Below are positions 18,973 to 28,687 of a DNA stretch of 56,557 nt, piece after piece. A model generated the notes under the pieces. It was not told the DNA's origin, searched no databases, and saw only the letters and a program-made list of their open reading frames with translations. Made by a program: the position numbers and the translations under genes. Positions within the stretch are counted from its first letter, which is position 1, and every line of letters starts with the position of its first letter. Source of the stretch: an uncultured archaeon (GTDB lineage: Archaea > Asgardarchaeota > Thorarchaeia > Thorarchaeales > Thorarchaeaceae); contig CAYYQL010000017.1 in assembly GCA_964473825.1 (NCBI GenBank), positions 1 through 56,557 of the forward strand, written 5' to 3'.

Positions 18973-19341
18973 ATGAAGAGAAGAATCGTGATTCCTACGG
19001 AAGATCAGGCGGGAAAGATTGTGGCCGACCATTTCGGAAGAGCCCCTTTCTTTGCAGTCTTTGACATTGATAGTGATGGCAATATCGCCGGCAAGGAAGT
19101 GAACCCAAATCAGGGAGAACACGCTGGCGGAAGGGGGCATGCACATGATAACATCATGCGTTATGGTCCCAATTTGATCATCGTGAAAGGAATGGGACCT
19201 CGTGGTCTTCGCAGTTTTCAGAGCCAGAACGTAGCAGTCCTACGAGCTGATAGCTCAGATGTGGAAAAGGTCATGCAGAAGTTCATGCAGCAAGGTCTGC
19301 AAGAACTCACCGATGGATGCAGTGACGCGCGCCATCGATGA
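18973..19341 (+). CDS. NifB/NifX-family protein
   Basis: HFGRAPFF, GMGPRG; start set at ATG 18973. Confidence 0.88.
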   Translation: MKRRIVIPTEDQAGKIVADHFGRAPFFAVFDIDSDGNIAGKEVNPNQGEHAGGRGHAHDNIMRYGPNLIIVKGMGPRGLRSFQSQNVAVLRADSSDVEKVMQKFMQQGLQELTDGCSDARHR

Positions 19342-19366
19342 GCAAATCTTTAGGGAGCTACTTGGC

Positions 19367-20206
19367 GTGATTATCACAGTGGCTTCAGGAAAAGGGGGCA
19401 CTGGAAAGACTACTGTTGCAGTAAACATGGCTCTATCATTAGAAGGAGCCAGATTATTCGATTGTGATGTCGAAGAGCCGAACACGCACACGCTTCTCAA
19501 GCTTGGAGGATTAGAGTCTCAACCAGTGAAGATGCCCACTCCTTATGTCGATGAGAAGAAATGCACCCTCTGCGGCGAGTGTGCAGCATTTTGCCAGTTC
19601 AATGCGCTATTTGTGGGGAAGGGTAGAGTTCTCGTGTACCCCGAGATGTGTCATTCCTGTGGAGGTTGCGCGATTGTATGCCCTGAGGGAGCCATAGAGG
19701 AGAGAGAAAGAATTGTCGGTAATGTCTTCATTGGGGAAGCAGAAGGAATCTCACTTGTTTTTGGCGAGCTGAATGTTGGCGAACCAATTGCGACCTCTGT
19801 GATAAAGGCCGTCAAGGGTCGAATGCACCGTGATGCAATCAACATCGTCGATGCCCCTCCAGGTACTGCATGCCCAGTCATAGAGACCATGCAGGAATCC
19901 GACTATCTCATTCTGGTCACAGAACCCACCCCTTTTGGCCTTCATGATTTGGAGATGGCAGCAGATGTGGTCAGGGAAATAGGTATTCCCCACGGTGTCA
20001 TAGTGAACAGGGCGGGAATTGGCGATGATTCGGCAAGGTACTTCTGTGAGGAACGAAACATCCCGATTCTGATGGAGATTCCGTTCGATAGGAGGATTGC
20101 CGAGCTGTACTCCGCTGGCACACCCTTCATCGAAGAGATGCCAGAATGGCGGGAGAAGTTCAGGAGTGTCTATGAATGGATAGAGGAGGCAGTCAGCAAT
20201 GGTTAA
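19367..20206 (+). CDS. MinD-superfamily P-loop ATPase with inserted 2[4Fe-4S] ferredoxin (COG1149)
   Basis: SGKGGTGKTT, DCDVEEPN, CxxCxxCxxxC twice, DAPPGTACP, EPTPFG. Confidence 0.92.
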   Translation: MIITVASGKGGTGKTTVAVNMALSLEGARLFDCDVEEPNTHTLLKLGGLESQPVKMPTPYVDEKKCTLCGECAAFCQFNALFVGKGRVLVYPEMCHSCGGCAIVCPEGAIEERERIVGNVFIGEAEGISLVFGELNVGEPIATSVIKAVKGRMHRDAINIVDAPPGTACPVIETMQESDYLILVTEPTPFGLHDLEMAADVVREIGIPHGVIVNRAGIGDDSARYFCEERNIPILMEIPFDRRIAELYSAGTPFIEEMPEWREKFRSVYEWIEEAVSNG

Positions 20207-21065
20207 TGAAATAGCAGTCATAAGCGGGAAAGGAGGCACTGGAAAGACTACTGTTGTCGCGGCGCTAATCGCCCTCTCAAAGAAGACAGTGATGGCTGAC
20301 TGTGATGTGGATGCCCCTGACCTGCATATACTTCTTGAGCCAGACGTGAAACGAAAGAGTGAGTTTTGTAGCTCAAAGATTGCTCAGATCAACCCGGAAT
20401 CGTGTATTCAGTGCGGGCTATGTAGTGAGAAATGCCGATTTGGCGCAGCAAATCCTCCTGAAATAGACCAGATTGCCTGTGAGGGGTGTGGCGTCTGTGA
20501 GCTCATATGCCCCGAGAATGCAATAACGATGAGGGACAGAGTTTCGGGCTACCTGTACGAGTCAGATACGCGGTTTGGACCAATGGCACATGCGAAACTG
20601 CTGGCTGGTGAAGGCAACTCTGGTAAACTCGTTACAGAAGTCCGGAATCTGGGCGTACGACTTGCAGATAACAATGGAAGTGAATTCGTTCTTATTGACG
20701 GCTCACCAGGAATTGGATGCCCTGTTATTGCAACAGTAACGGGTATAGGACTCGGCGTTATTGTCACAGAACCCACATTGTCTGGTATCCATGATATGAA
20801 GCGTGTCGTTGAGCTTCTCCAAAGATTCGATATACCGAGTCTTCTGATAGTGAACAAGTATGACATTAACGTGGAGAACACTGAGAAAATGGAACACTTC
20901 TGCAGACAGAATAGTGTAGATGTGATTGGTAGAATACCCTTTGATCCTATCATGACACAGTCAATGATAGCAATGCAGACGCTGCCAGAACATGCACCAG
21001 ACCACAGAATAACCCGTATTCTAAGAAATGTCCATAGAGAGATAATGAGTAGAATAAAGAGGTAG
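20199..21065 (+). CDS. MinD-superfamily P-loop ATPase with inserted ferredoxin (COG1149 paralogue)
   Basis: SGKGGTGKTT, DCDVDAPDL, CIQCGLC..C, CEGCGVC..CP, DGSPGIGCP. Confidence 0.92.
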   Translation: MVNEIAVISGKGGTGKTTVVAALIALSKKTVMADCDVDAPDLHILLEPDVKRKSEFCSSKIAQINPESCIQCGLCSEKCRFGAANPPEIDQIACEGCGVCELICPENAITMRDRVSGYLYESDTRFGPMAHAKLLAGEGNSGKLVTEVRNLGVRLADNNGSEFVLIDGSPGIGCPVIATVTGIGLGVIVTEPTLSGIHDMKRVVELLQRFDIPSLLIVNKYDINVENTEKMEHFCRQNSVDVIGRIPFDPIMTQSMIAMQTLPEHAPDHRITRILRNVHREIMSRIKR

Positions 21066-21103
21066 GGATAGGAGGGTTGCAGACGGTCTGCGACCACTCT
21101 ATC
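21066..21103. terminator. Hairpin between convergent genes
   Basis: GATAG-GAG-GGTTGCAGA-CGG-TCTGCGACC-A-CTCTATC inverted repeat. Confidence 0.5.
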
Positions 21104-21106
21104 ATC

Positions 21107-21439
21107 CTATTGTTCAGTTATGTCGTCCAGACGTTTTGATATCCGCTCTATAGAATCCTGTAGTGACTTGATCTGATTCTCTAAGAATTCTTTCTGCTGC
21201 CTGAGAGATTCTACATTCTCTGGTCCAGCAATTGTTCCCGTCGGGGGTGTGGCCGCACTCGGCGAAACACCGTCCCAGTATCCCATTGCCCAGCAAGAAC
21301 CGGGACCATAGAGCCAACCAGGTCGTTCCCAAGGAGGAAGATGACTGAATGGGCCATTACCTGGCCACGCACCACGCCCAGCTCCTCGGCCGCCAGTGCG
21401 GCCACGGCCCCAACCGCCACCTCTGCCATATACATACAT
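21107..21439 (-). CDS. DUF5320-like Gly/Arg-rich protein with C-terminal coiled coil
   Basis: GRG repeats, WPGNGPFSHLPPWERPGW, E..L..QKE.LE.QI..L...I..I.KRL. Confidence 0.8.
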   Translation of the reverse strand: MYVYGRGGGWGRGRTGGRGAGRGAWPGNGPFSHLPPWERPGWLYGPGSCWAMGYWDGVSPSAATPPTGTIAGPENVESLRQQKEFLENQIKSLQDSIERISKRLDDITEQ

Positions 21440-21574
21440 TTTTTCATTCACCCCATATTCTGTGCAAATGCACAACTAGTTATAGTGTGCATAACTACGA
21501 ATATAAAGGTTACTTATTGTAACCCGAAGAGATAATATCTTAAATGGTCGCAGCTTAGGAACAGTTGATTGGTA

Positions 21575-21883
21575 ATGCACAGAAGAAGAAGAGGCGCAAG
21601 AGGAAGGTTCCCCATCCAGCCAACGATTGACAAGAAACCATCTGTGGAGAGAATGGTTCCAAGACCTGATGGTAACAAGGAGCCGATCCATCTCAATCTT
21701 GCCGAGGCCGAAGCACTAAGGCTTGTTGACCTAGAAGGATTGTATCAAGAGCAGGCAGGAGATTCAATGAGCGTGTCACGAGGCACCATCTGGAGACTGC
21801 TTGCAACTGCAAGGAAGAAAGTCATTCAGGCAATATATGAAGGCCGACCTCTGGTGATTGGGTTGCCTCCCGAAGAAGAGTAG
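21575..21883 (+). CDS. DUF134 (UPF0251) HTH protein
   Basis: EAEALRLVDLEGLYQEQAG.SM.VSRGTIWRLL..ARKKV. Confidence 0.9.
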   Translation: MHRRRRGARGRFPIQPTIDKKPSVERMVPRPDGNKEPIHLNLAEAEALRLVDLEGLYQEQAGDSMSVSRGTIWRLLATARKKVIQAIYEGRPLVIGLPPEEE

Positions 21884-22032
21884 TAACCCAGTTGATAGTG
21901 TTGTCCGTTTGTTAAGACAAGTGGGGGGTAGTCTTGTCCCTATTTTTGGCAGTGAAACAACTAACTCAAAGACTTCCATGATCACCCTAAAGAAGGGGCA
22001 CTAGAAGGCGTCTAAATGCAGTTCTACGTGTT

Positions 22033-22512
22033 ATGGTGGTACAACTCCACCTTATATGGGTACTTTGGCAGCTCATCTCTGAGAGGTTGAATATGCAAGT
22101 AGAGGTCACGGCAGGTATGGAGTCTATCAAGAACTGCATCTTAGTTCGCAGACCAAGTATTCCGAGGTACTGGGATCCAATTGCAAGGCCTCACGTAGCA
22201 GTAGTCGTTCTAGAGCCAGACACAGGAAAGGAGTCGAGGTATTATCTGTCAAAGGCGGGGACGGAAGAGAATGGCAAGATACTACTAGAAGTGGCGAACT
22301 TCAGTGAACTTGCAGAAGGCACTCTACTGGAAGTAAGATACAACTCCATCAAGGCAAATCTATATCAGCTTGAGTTGGTGAGCGGCATGCCCTGCTGGAG
22401 ATGGATTGGTCGCTGTCGAGGACTATCGGATTTCGAGTCGGAAGAGGTCGACTGGGACCAGCTACTCTGTAGTAACTACATGCTTCTGAGTAGCGTCTAT
22501 GCAATGAGCTGA
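22033..22512 (+). CDS. Hypothetical protein (start uncertain, possibly 22093 or 22117)
   Basis: Long ORF with protein-like composition. Confidence 0.6.
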   Translation: MVVQLHLIWVLWQLISERLNMQVEVTAGMESIKNCILVRRPSIPRYWDPIARPHVAVVVLEPDTGKESRYYLSKAGTEENGKILLEVANFSELAEGTLLEVRYNSIKANLYQLELVSGMPCWRWIGRCRGLSDFESEEVDWDQLLCSNYMLLSSVYAMS

Positions 22513-22755
22513 GCAGCCTCCGAATGACTACTCCAATATCACAGCTGTCCAGAGCAAGAAGCTGAACAACAATCAACTGGCGCTTTTGAAAGAAATCGCG
22601 AGTCAGTCGCGAGCTGCGATACACAACTGTTTCTTTGAGGAGAGGTCATGCTAGATAGATACTAGCAGGATTTCGGCATATTTCCCCTTGGATGAACCAA
22701 GAGAAACGTATGTTCTGCGGATTCATCTAATGAAACGTATCTGCAAGAGAAGAAA

Positions 22756-22868
22756 TGGTAGCGGGTGGTCGATTTGAACGACCGATCTCGGGGTGTCCCC
22801 ATCACGGAACTCGACGCGTTTCCGCGTTTATGAGCCCCGCGGGATAGGCCAGGCTTCCCCAACCCGCT
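22756..22868 (-). tRNA. Initiator tRNA-Met(CAT) with 34-nt intron at 37/38
   Basis: A1-U72 (AGCGGGT/ACCCGCT), GGG/CCC anticodon stem, CAT anticodon, TTCAAAT T-loop, encoded CCA; intron 22795-22828. Confidence 0.93.
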
Positions 22869-23084
22869 AGTCTGGTAGATGTTATCCAGCATCAGGTCCA
22901 ATCAGACAATTCTGTGGGCTGTGTAAGAAATCATGAATCTGACAGGGTTTTAAGCATTGCGAACTGGTGCAGTAGTCTAGGAGCATGATGAGTTTGTATA
23001 GCTTTGTCAAACGAGAACAAAAGCCTTCAGCACTATACAATGCTCGATAATAAGCCATAATTCCAAGACGGGGATAGATGACCA

Positions 23085-23342
23085 ATGATATTTGAAGTGG
23101 GGATACTTGTGACAATCTATTCGATGTGGATAGTCACTTTGGTAAATGCAATGGTTTCGAGCGAAGAAGTATCTTTGACTATTGCCACGCTGCCCTATAT
23201 CGTCACTTTTCCTGTGGCGCTCATTGTGTCTGCGATGGTTGATGTGATCATCTCAGGCATCTTCCTGATTGATATAATGCTCACGCTAGTGATTGGAGTG
23301 TTATTCTTTGTTAGATGGGTCATGGCCATAGTGGCGGAGTAA
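23085..23342 (+). CDS. Small membrane protein (3 TM)
   Basis: Highly hydrophobic 85-aa ORF. Confidence 0.7.
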   Translation: MIFEVGILVTIYSMWIVTLVNAMVSSEEVSLTIATLPYIVTFPVALIVSAMVDVIISGIFLIDIMLTLVIGVLFFVRWVMAIVAE

Positions 23343-23381
23343 CACTTGGTCTTTGGCCTAGAACGATTGTGAACGTCAGAA

Positions 23382-23549
23382 TTAGCTCTTGTCCTTGCGT
23401 TTGAACTCTGTATAGCCACAACGACCGCAGGCAAACCTATCAAAATGCTCGGCCATATAGGTGCCCTTCTCACACCGAGGGCATTGTCTCTTATCAATGG
23501 ACACATTTCCGTTCTTGTCAACCTTGTACTTCTTGTGAGTCTCAGCCAT
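23382..23549 (-). CDS. rps27ae: 30S ribosomal protein eS31 (S27ae)
   Basis: [55 protein letters not shown]; not in the ORF track. Confidence 0.95.
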   Translation of the reverse strand: MAETHKKYKVDKNGNVSIDKRQCPRCEKGTYMAEHFDRFACGRCGYTEFKRKDKS

Positions 23550-23552
23550 CCC

Positions 23553-23852
23553 TTAGGCCTCCGTCTTCTTGTCTTCATTCCGTTTCAACATATAGTCTCT
23601 CTCGACGCGCTTCATCTGATCGATGTCGGAATAGATTCTTGCCGTGCCCTCTGTGATGCCAATCCCAAAACGAGTTTCCATCTTATTGACAATGACAGAT
23701 GAGGCATTTGTATCATACTTTGCCATAAGCTTGGAACGAACATCGCGCCTACTGGGAGTAGTGCCATTAATATGCTCGATTCTGAATCTCAGTTCCCTTC
23801 GTCCGAGAGGCTTGTTCTCCTTTTCCTGAAGGATTTCTAACTCCATTGACAT
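23553..23852 (-). CDS. rps24e: 30S ribosomal protein eS24
   Basis: NKPLGRRE, TPSR, TRFG.G...G.ARIY; start 23852 or 23846. Confidence 0.95.
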   Translation of the reverse strand: MSMELEILQEKENKPLGRRELRFRIEHINGTTPSRRDVRSKLMAKYDTNASSVIVNKMETRFGIGITEGTARIYSDIDQMKRVERDYMLKRNEDKKTEA

Positions 23853-23940
23853 CACTCTATATATCTGAAGATGACTTGACGGTCTAGTCAGCCAACCGAC
23901 CTTGGGTTGGCTAATAAAGCTTTCACAGCAAACATACTGT

Positions 23941-24153
23941 TCAGCGTACCTTTAGAGCGTATTTGCCGGGTTTGTCGACACCAAGACGGTCTGCAATGTA
24001 AGATGAGTCTCTTGGGTCTTCGGCGGAATCACGTGGAGGTAGAATAACGACTATCCCAGTGTAGGATGTCGAGAGATTCGTGCTCTTGCAATTAGGACAA
24101 ATGTTCTCGCTTGTCAAATAGTGACATTGACGACAGGCTTTCAGACGTGCCAA
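23941..24153 (-). CDS. spt4: Transcription elongation factor Spt4 (RpoE2)
   Basis: KACRQCH..CPNC, YTGIVVI, PGKYALKVR; TTG start. Confidence 0.95.
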   Translation of the reverse strand: MARLKACRQCHYLTSENICPNCKSTNLSTSYTGIVVILPPRDSAEDPRDSSYIADRLGVDKPGKYALKVR

Positions 24154-24168
24154 CTTTCTTCCTCCACA

Positions 24169-24765
24169 TCATTTCTTCTTTTTCTTCTCGTCCTCAGCTT
24201 CGCCACGAGCGGCTTTGACATCATCTTCCACCCAAGAGGCGTCAGGACCAATCTTTCCAAGGAAAGGTTGCCTCATGGTAAGGCCTAGTTTGCCAGATCT
24301 GTTTCCTGACTCGAAACTGATCGAAGTGATTCTGGCACGAACCAAATCATCCTGCCTCAGGGTGCGTCCTGTTTCTTTTCCGAGAAGTGCGTTCCCCTTT
24401 GGATCCTGTGTAATGAAATCATCACATATTTGACTCACATGACAGAGACCATCCAGTGGACCCATCCGAATAAAAGCCCCAAAGTCCATAATCTCTACAA
24501 CGTTTCCCTCTACCAGCTCGCCTCGCGCCGGTTTGAATACCAATACTTGATATGTGACACTATGATATGTTGCACCATCGCCTGGCATGAGGCGTCCTTG
24601 ACCAATCTCATCAATATCGGTGACCGCAATCATCAGGCCTATGTCTCTGTCCAAGACATTTTCGTGATTCTTTCTGAGATGTATCATTGCAGCCTCCTTG
24701 AGAGGCTGACCGAATTGTGATGGGGGTATTCTTACAATATCCCTTACTGTGACGATTGAGTAAAT
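24169..24765 (-). CDS. rpoE1: RNA polymerase subunit Rpo7 (E'), extended to an ATT start
   Basis: Conserved N-terminus (I)YSIVTVRDIVRIPP..FG lies upstream of the first ATG; GGAGGT SD 7 nt before ATT; S1 domain FGAF...GPLDGLCHVSQI. Confidence 0.93.
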   Translation of the reverse strand: MYSIVTVRDIVRIPPSQFGQPLKEAAMIHLRKNHENVLDRDIGLMIAVTDIDEIGQGRLMPGDGATYHSVTYQVLVFKPARGELVEGNVVEIMDFGAFIRMGPLDGLCHVSQICDDFITQDPKGNALLGKETGRTLRQDDLVRARITSISFESGNRSGKLGLTMRQPFLGKIGPDASWVEDDVKAARGEAEDEKKKKK

Positions 24766-24915
24766 TGATAGGACCTCCTGCTTCCTTTGAGCAGATTCTG
24801 TTTGCCTGACAGGATGCTTGCTAGAACAATAAGACCTCGGTTTTGTCCGATGGTCTCTACCCGACGGCTCAGCGGTGATTCCTTTCAGTGAACATAAAAA
24901 GATTGTGACATCGTC

Positions 24916-25323
24916 TTAAATTATCGAGCCTTCCAGTATTAACCGTTTTCTTCCTCTCACCATGAGAACAGGAATACCACGTTTTCTAGCTTTCTTGCGA
25001 AGGTTCCGGTCGTTAGTGGCAATCACGGCCCTTTGCATCGTTGCATACTCTAGAATCTGGAGATCGACTGGTAGGGTTTGCATTTTCTCGTCAACCTGAA
25101 CCAGTTCGCATCTCTCAGTAAGCCTCTTTGCCACAGTGAATTGTCTGGTCTCAGTGTGGCTTCTTGGAGTCTCGAGACGAGCATCGATTTCTTCTGCGAC
25201 AGAATCCAAGATGACAAAATGCGGCCGTCTTTCTAAGATCTTCTCTGCTTCAGCGAACACATCAATCGCGAACTGCACGGGTACAAGTAGAAAATTAGTG
25301 TCAAGAACAACTTGTATTGGCAA
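24916..25323 (-). CDS. PIN-domain ribonuclease (Utp24/Fcf1-like)
   Basis: VVLDTNFL, VD..IL, ATND..L...AR..GIP; downstream of aIF2gamma; TTG start inferred. Confidence 0.88.
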   Translation of the reverse strand: MPIQVVLDTNFLLVPVQFAIDVFAEAEKILERRPHFVILDSVAEEIDARLETPRSHTETRQFTVAKRLTERCELVQVDEKMQTLPVDLQILEYATMQRAVIATNDRNLRKKARKRGIPVLMVRGRKRLILEGSII

Positions 25324-25342
25324 TTCAAATGCACTACCGTTT

Positions 25343-26584
25343 TTAGACAACTGCATGCCCTATGAGACGCCATTTGTTTTCAACACGACGACCGATAGCG
25401 ATACGCTGTCCTTCTTCAACGCATACCGGTCGCTTTAGAGAGAGCTCGATTTTATCTCCATGTAGTCGAGTGATGACTCCAACAGTGGCAGCTGTACCTA
25501 CAACCAGCATTAGAGGTTCATTGAGTCGCAGATTCTCCACTTCTTTCTGTGACTCCATACCTACAACTCGGCCCATCAGTTCTGGAAGTAACATAATCTT
25601 GTCAACGGAATCTGGTAACTCACCCTTCTTGCCGAGAACATTTCCGACTAGACGATCAGCACGAGTAGATGATGGATCAAGACCAGTGCCCACACCAATC
25701 AACCCACCCGGATATGCCTCCTCCAAGGAATTTCCACTGCCAGAGAGCAGGCTTCTCACCTTAGCCTTTATGGGATAATAGTCTTTGTCTACTCGCGAGC
25801 CCGGAGCAATCTCTATCTCATCACCAACCTTCAATCGGCCTTGGACAATGGAGCCTCCTACGACACCTCCCCTCAAATCTGGGGGAGTGGTACCTGGCCG
25901 ATTGATATCAAAGGAACGAGCAATGAACATCTTAGGGGGTGCATCTGAATCTCGTTCAGGGGTGGGTATGACCTCTTGAATCGTCTGAATCAGAAGATCC
26001 ACATTTGCTCCGAATATTGCAGATACCGGTATGATGGGGGCTTGTTCTGCCATAGTCCCCTTCACAAAATCCTTGATCTGTTGGTAGTGTTTCTTAGCCT
26101 CTTCTCGCGACACGAGTTCAATCTTATTTTGCACTATGATTATTTTCTCGACACCCACAATCTGGAGAGCCTGAAGATGCTCCGATGTCTGAGGCATAGG
26201 ACAGGGCTCATTAGCAGCTATCACAAGAATAGCACCGTCCATCAGACTTGCACCGCTGAGGCATGTGGCCATTAGTGACTCGTGGCCGGGACTATCTACG
26301 AAGGAAATCTCTCTCAGAGATTCTAAGGGGCCACCGCAGTCAGGACACTTCCCATCCTTCAGAAGATGAGATGTTGTAAAGGCCTGTGGCTCTGGACACT
26401 TTGTGCACTTCATTAGAGTCGTAGCTGCATATCCGAGACGAATCGATATACCTCTTCTGACCTCATCTGAATGACGGTCAGTCCATTCACCAGTCAGGTA
26501 TTCCACGAGAGTTGTCTTTCCATGGTCTACATGGCCCAGTGCACCAATACTCACTTCTGATTGTCCTTCGTACTTGGGGCTCAC
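25343..26584 (-). CDS. eif2g: Translation initiation factor aIF2 gamma
   Basis: GHVDHGKTT, RGISIRLGYA, Zn knuckle, DSPGH, NKIE, RSFDINRPG, WRLIG. Confidence 0.97.
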   Translation of the reverse strand: MSPKYEGQSEVSIGALGHVDHGKTTLVEYLTGEWTDRHSDEVRRGISIRLGYAATTLMKCTKCPEPQAFTTSHLLKDGKCPDCGGPLESLREISFVDSPGHESLMATCLSGASLMDGAILVIAANEPCPMPQTSEHLQALQIVGVEKIIIVQNKIELVSREEAKKHYQQIKDFVKGTMAEQAPIIPVSAIFGANVDLLIQTIQEVIPTPERDSDAPPKMFIARSFDINRPGTTPPDLRGGVVGGSIVQGRLKVGDEIEIAPGSRVDKDYYPIKAKVRSLLSGSGNSLEEAYPGGLIGVGTGLDPSSTRADRLVGNVLGKKGELPDSVDKIMLLPELMGRVVGMESQKEVENLRLNEPLMLVVGTAATVGVITRLHGDKIELSLKRPVCVEEGQRIAIGRRVENKWRLIGHAVV

Positions 26585-26697
26585 CTAGTCTTCACTTCCA
26601 ACTGTCCCTTGTTTGTCGCGAGCGAGAGTGCAAGACACTACATAAGAAGTCTATGGTTGGCCTATAGAGAATCCATTCCCTTGTTCTCTAGAAGCAG

Positions 26698-27081
26698 CTA
26701 TGCAGCCTTCATAACAAGTTCTTCAAGAGGAGTACCGCCTTCCTCTTCAATTCTAACATTAATCTGAGAAAGATTGGAGGTGATCTCACGGCCTCGAACG
26801 GTTCTCCGTCGTGCTATTCCCTTTCGTGTAGGCCTTAGACCTGGCCGTCCACGTATGAGTACTTTCCGCTTACCACTACCATGAACATCCGGGCGAATTG
26901 GGAAACCAGACGTGTCACTGCCACCGGTAATCTTGAGCTTGTATCCTGGAAGGCCTATTAAATCGCCTTCAACAATTTCCCCAACCTGCTTGCCGATTAA
27001 TGCATTTGTTTTGGCATCGTCTAACTCGTACTGGATTGCCGTACCTGTTTCGGGATCTGATAGGACAAGCTTGAATGGCAA
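26698..27081 (-). CDS. rps6e: 30S ribosomal protein eS6
   Basis: FKLVLSDPETG, KITGGSD.SGFP.R.DV.G, RRRTVRG; TTG start inferred. Confidence 0.95.
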   Translation of the reverse strand: MPFKLVLSDPETGTAIQYELDDAKTNALIGKQVGEIVEGDLIGLPGYKLKITGGSDTSGFPIRPDVHGSGKRKVLIRGRPGLRPTRKGIARRRTVRGREITSNLSQINVRIEEEGGTPLEELVMKAA

Positions 27082-27281
27082 CTGTAGTTCAACTTCCTTG
27101 AAATTTATGGTCCTCACTGGTAGGACGCTGAGGCTAGCGACTTCGATTCACTTTATGAGGCTTGTGGTCGAGCTGAATTGGTCATGCCATAGAGAGTCTC
27201 AAGATTTGCAACCATGGCATAATCATTATAACAAGTCCAGAAATTGCCACCTTCAAGACCGTTGGTATTGGATGGATATTC

Positions 27282-28451
27282 ATGGACCCAATCTATTTAC
27301 TTGGAATTCTGGCGGGAATCTATCTCGTCATCTACGCGATTGCACAGGCTATAGGACAAGAGAGACTCAGTGAGAGGGGTATAGAAGCAGGAACACCTTT
27401 CTTCATCATGTTCAAGACTGAACGACTTAATTCGCTTCTGACCAAGGCGGGTAAGAGAATCCCGAGGTGTTTCTTCAGCCTGGGAGTGGTGGTAGCATTT
27501 GGAGGAATGATTGCCGGTTTTGTGATGTTTGCAGACAATCTGGTGAAATTCTTCATCCAACCTCAGACCGCAGGCGGGGTGGTGCCAATAATTCCGGGAA
27601 TTACAATCACCGGACTGCCCTTGGTATACCTGATGATAGCATTGGCGTTCACTCTCATCGTGCACGAGTTCGCTCATGGTCTTGCATCATCTAGGGATAA
27701 CATTCCAATCAAGAGCTCGGGTCTCATGGCCTTCTTTGTCCTGTTTGGAGCTTTTGTGGAACCTGACGAAGAAGTATTCGAGAAAGAAGCATCCTCGAAG
27801 GACAGGATGCGCTTGCTGGCCGCAGGTTCGTTTTCCAATCTGATATGGGCATTTATCGTACTCTTGATGATTGCAAACTTTCCTGCCATGATGTCTTTGG
27901 GATTTAATCCACCGAATGGGGCGTATGTGTACGATGTGGTACCAGGTTCGCCTGGAGCAGATGCACTCGACATAGGCGATGTGATTATTGGGCTGAATGA
28001 TACTGATATTCAGAGATGGGCGGACATATCCCAGTTCATGATGGATGCACCTGCGGGATCTCAACTCACAATACACACGCTAGAAGGCACTGAAACAATC
28101 ATACTCGCCGAAAGCGAGGGAAACAGCTCAATTGGATACATCGGGATATATGGGGCAGATTATTGGGAACCTAAGCCGGGATGGGAATGGATACCAGGTG
28201 GGCCACTCTTTGCATTTCACATGCAGCAAGTGCTGACTTGGTCCTTCATAATCCAGTTCTCGGTTGCTCTTTTCAATCTCTTGCCCATACCCTTCCTGGA
28301 CGGAGAGAGATTGCTATCAAATGGCCTGAGCTTATTGACTGATGATGAGAAGAAAATCAGACTGATAATGTGGCCTCTTCGGATTGCTTCGCTACTAATT
28401 GTCATCCTCAGCATTGTCCTTAGCTTCTGGTTCGGTAAAGGACTCTTCTAG
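27282..28451 (+). CDS. Site-2 protease (M50) with PDZ domain
   Basis: HEFAH, GAFVEPD, AAGSFSN, NLLPIPFLDG. Confidence 0.93.
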   Translation: MDPIYLLGILAGIYLVIYAIAQAIGQERLSERGIEAGTPFFIMFKTERLNSLLTKAGKRIPRCFFSLGVVVAFGGMIAGFVMFADNLVKFFIQPQTAGGVVPIIPGITITGLPLVYLMIALAFTLIVHEFAHGLASSRDNIPIKSSGLMAFFVLFGAFVEPDEEVFEKEASSKDRMRLLAAGSFSNLIWAFIVLLMIANFPAMMSLGFNPPNGAYVYDVVPGSPGADALDIGDVIIGLNDTDIQRWADISQFMMDAPAGSQLTIHTLEGTETIILAESEGNSSIGYIGIYGADYWEPKPGWEWIPGGPLFAFHMQQVLTWSFIIQFSVALFNLLPIPFLDGERLLSNGLSLLTDDEKKIRLIMWPLRIASLLIVILSIVLSFWFGKGLF

Positions 28452-28687
28452 AGATGAGTACATGACTCGCCAAGAGAAGCAATCTGACTCTGCCAGCAGG
28501 TTTTCTCAGGAGGTACGCGGTCGGACGGTACGCGGTCGGATTAGCGATGTCACTCATTTCAGCCCATCAGAAAAAGTGGTTATGATATAACGAGTAGAAA
28601 TACCGGAACCGGGAGCTATGAAGAAGAGAAGAGCCATGAGTATCCTTAACAGCGCTTTGATCACAGTTTGGTTCGGAAGTATTAGAC

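Noticed and set aside
23865-23915. Hairpins between spt4 and rps24e (AGCCAACC-N7-GGTTGGCT), where DUF359 often lies
   Set aside because: Cannot distinguish a terminator from a leader, and gene relocation is ordinary.
28512-28540. Tandem 14-nt duplication GGTACGCGGTCGGA
   Set aside because: Only two copies with a 1-nt spacer; not a CRISPR array, likely slippage.
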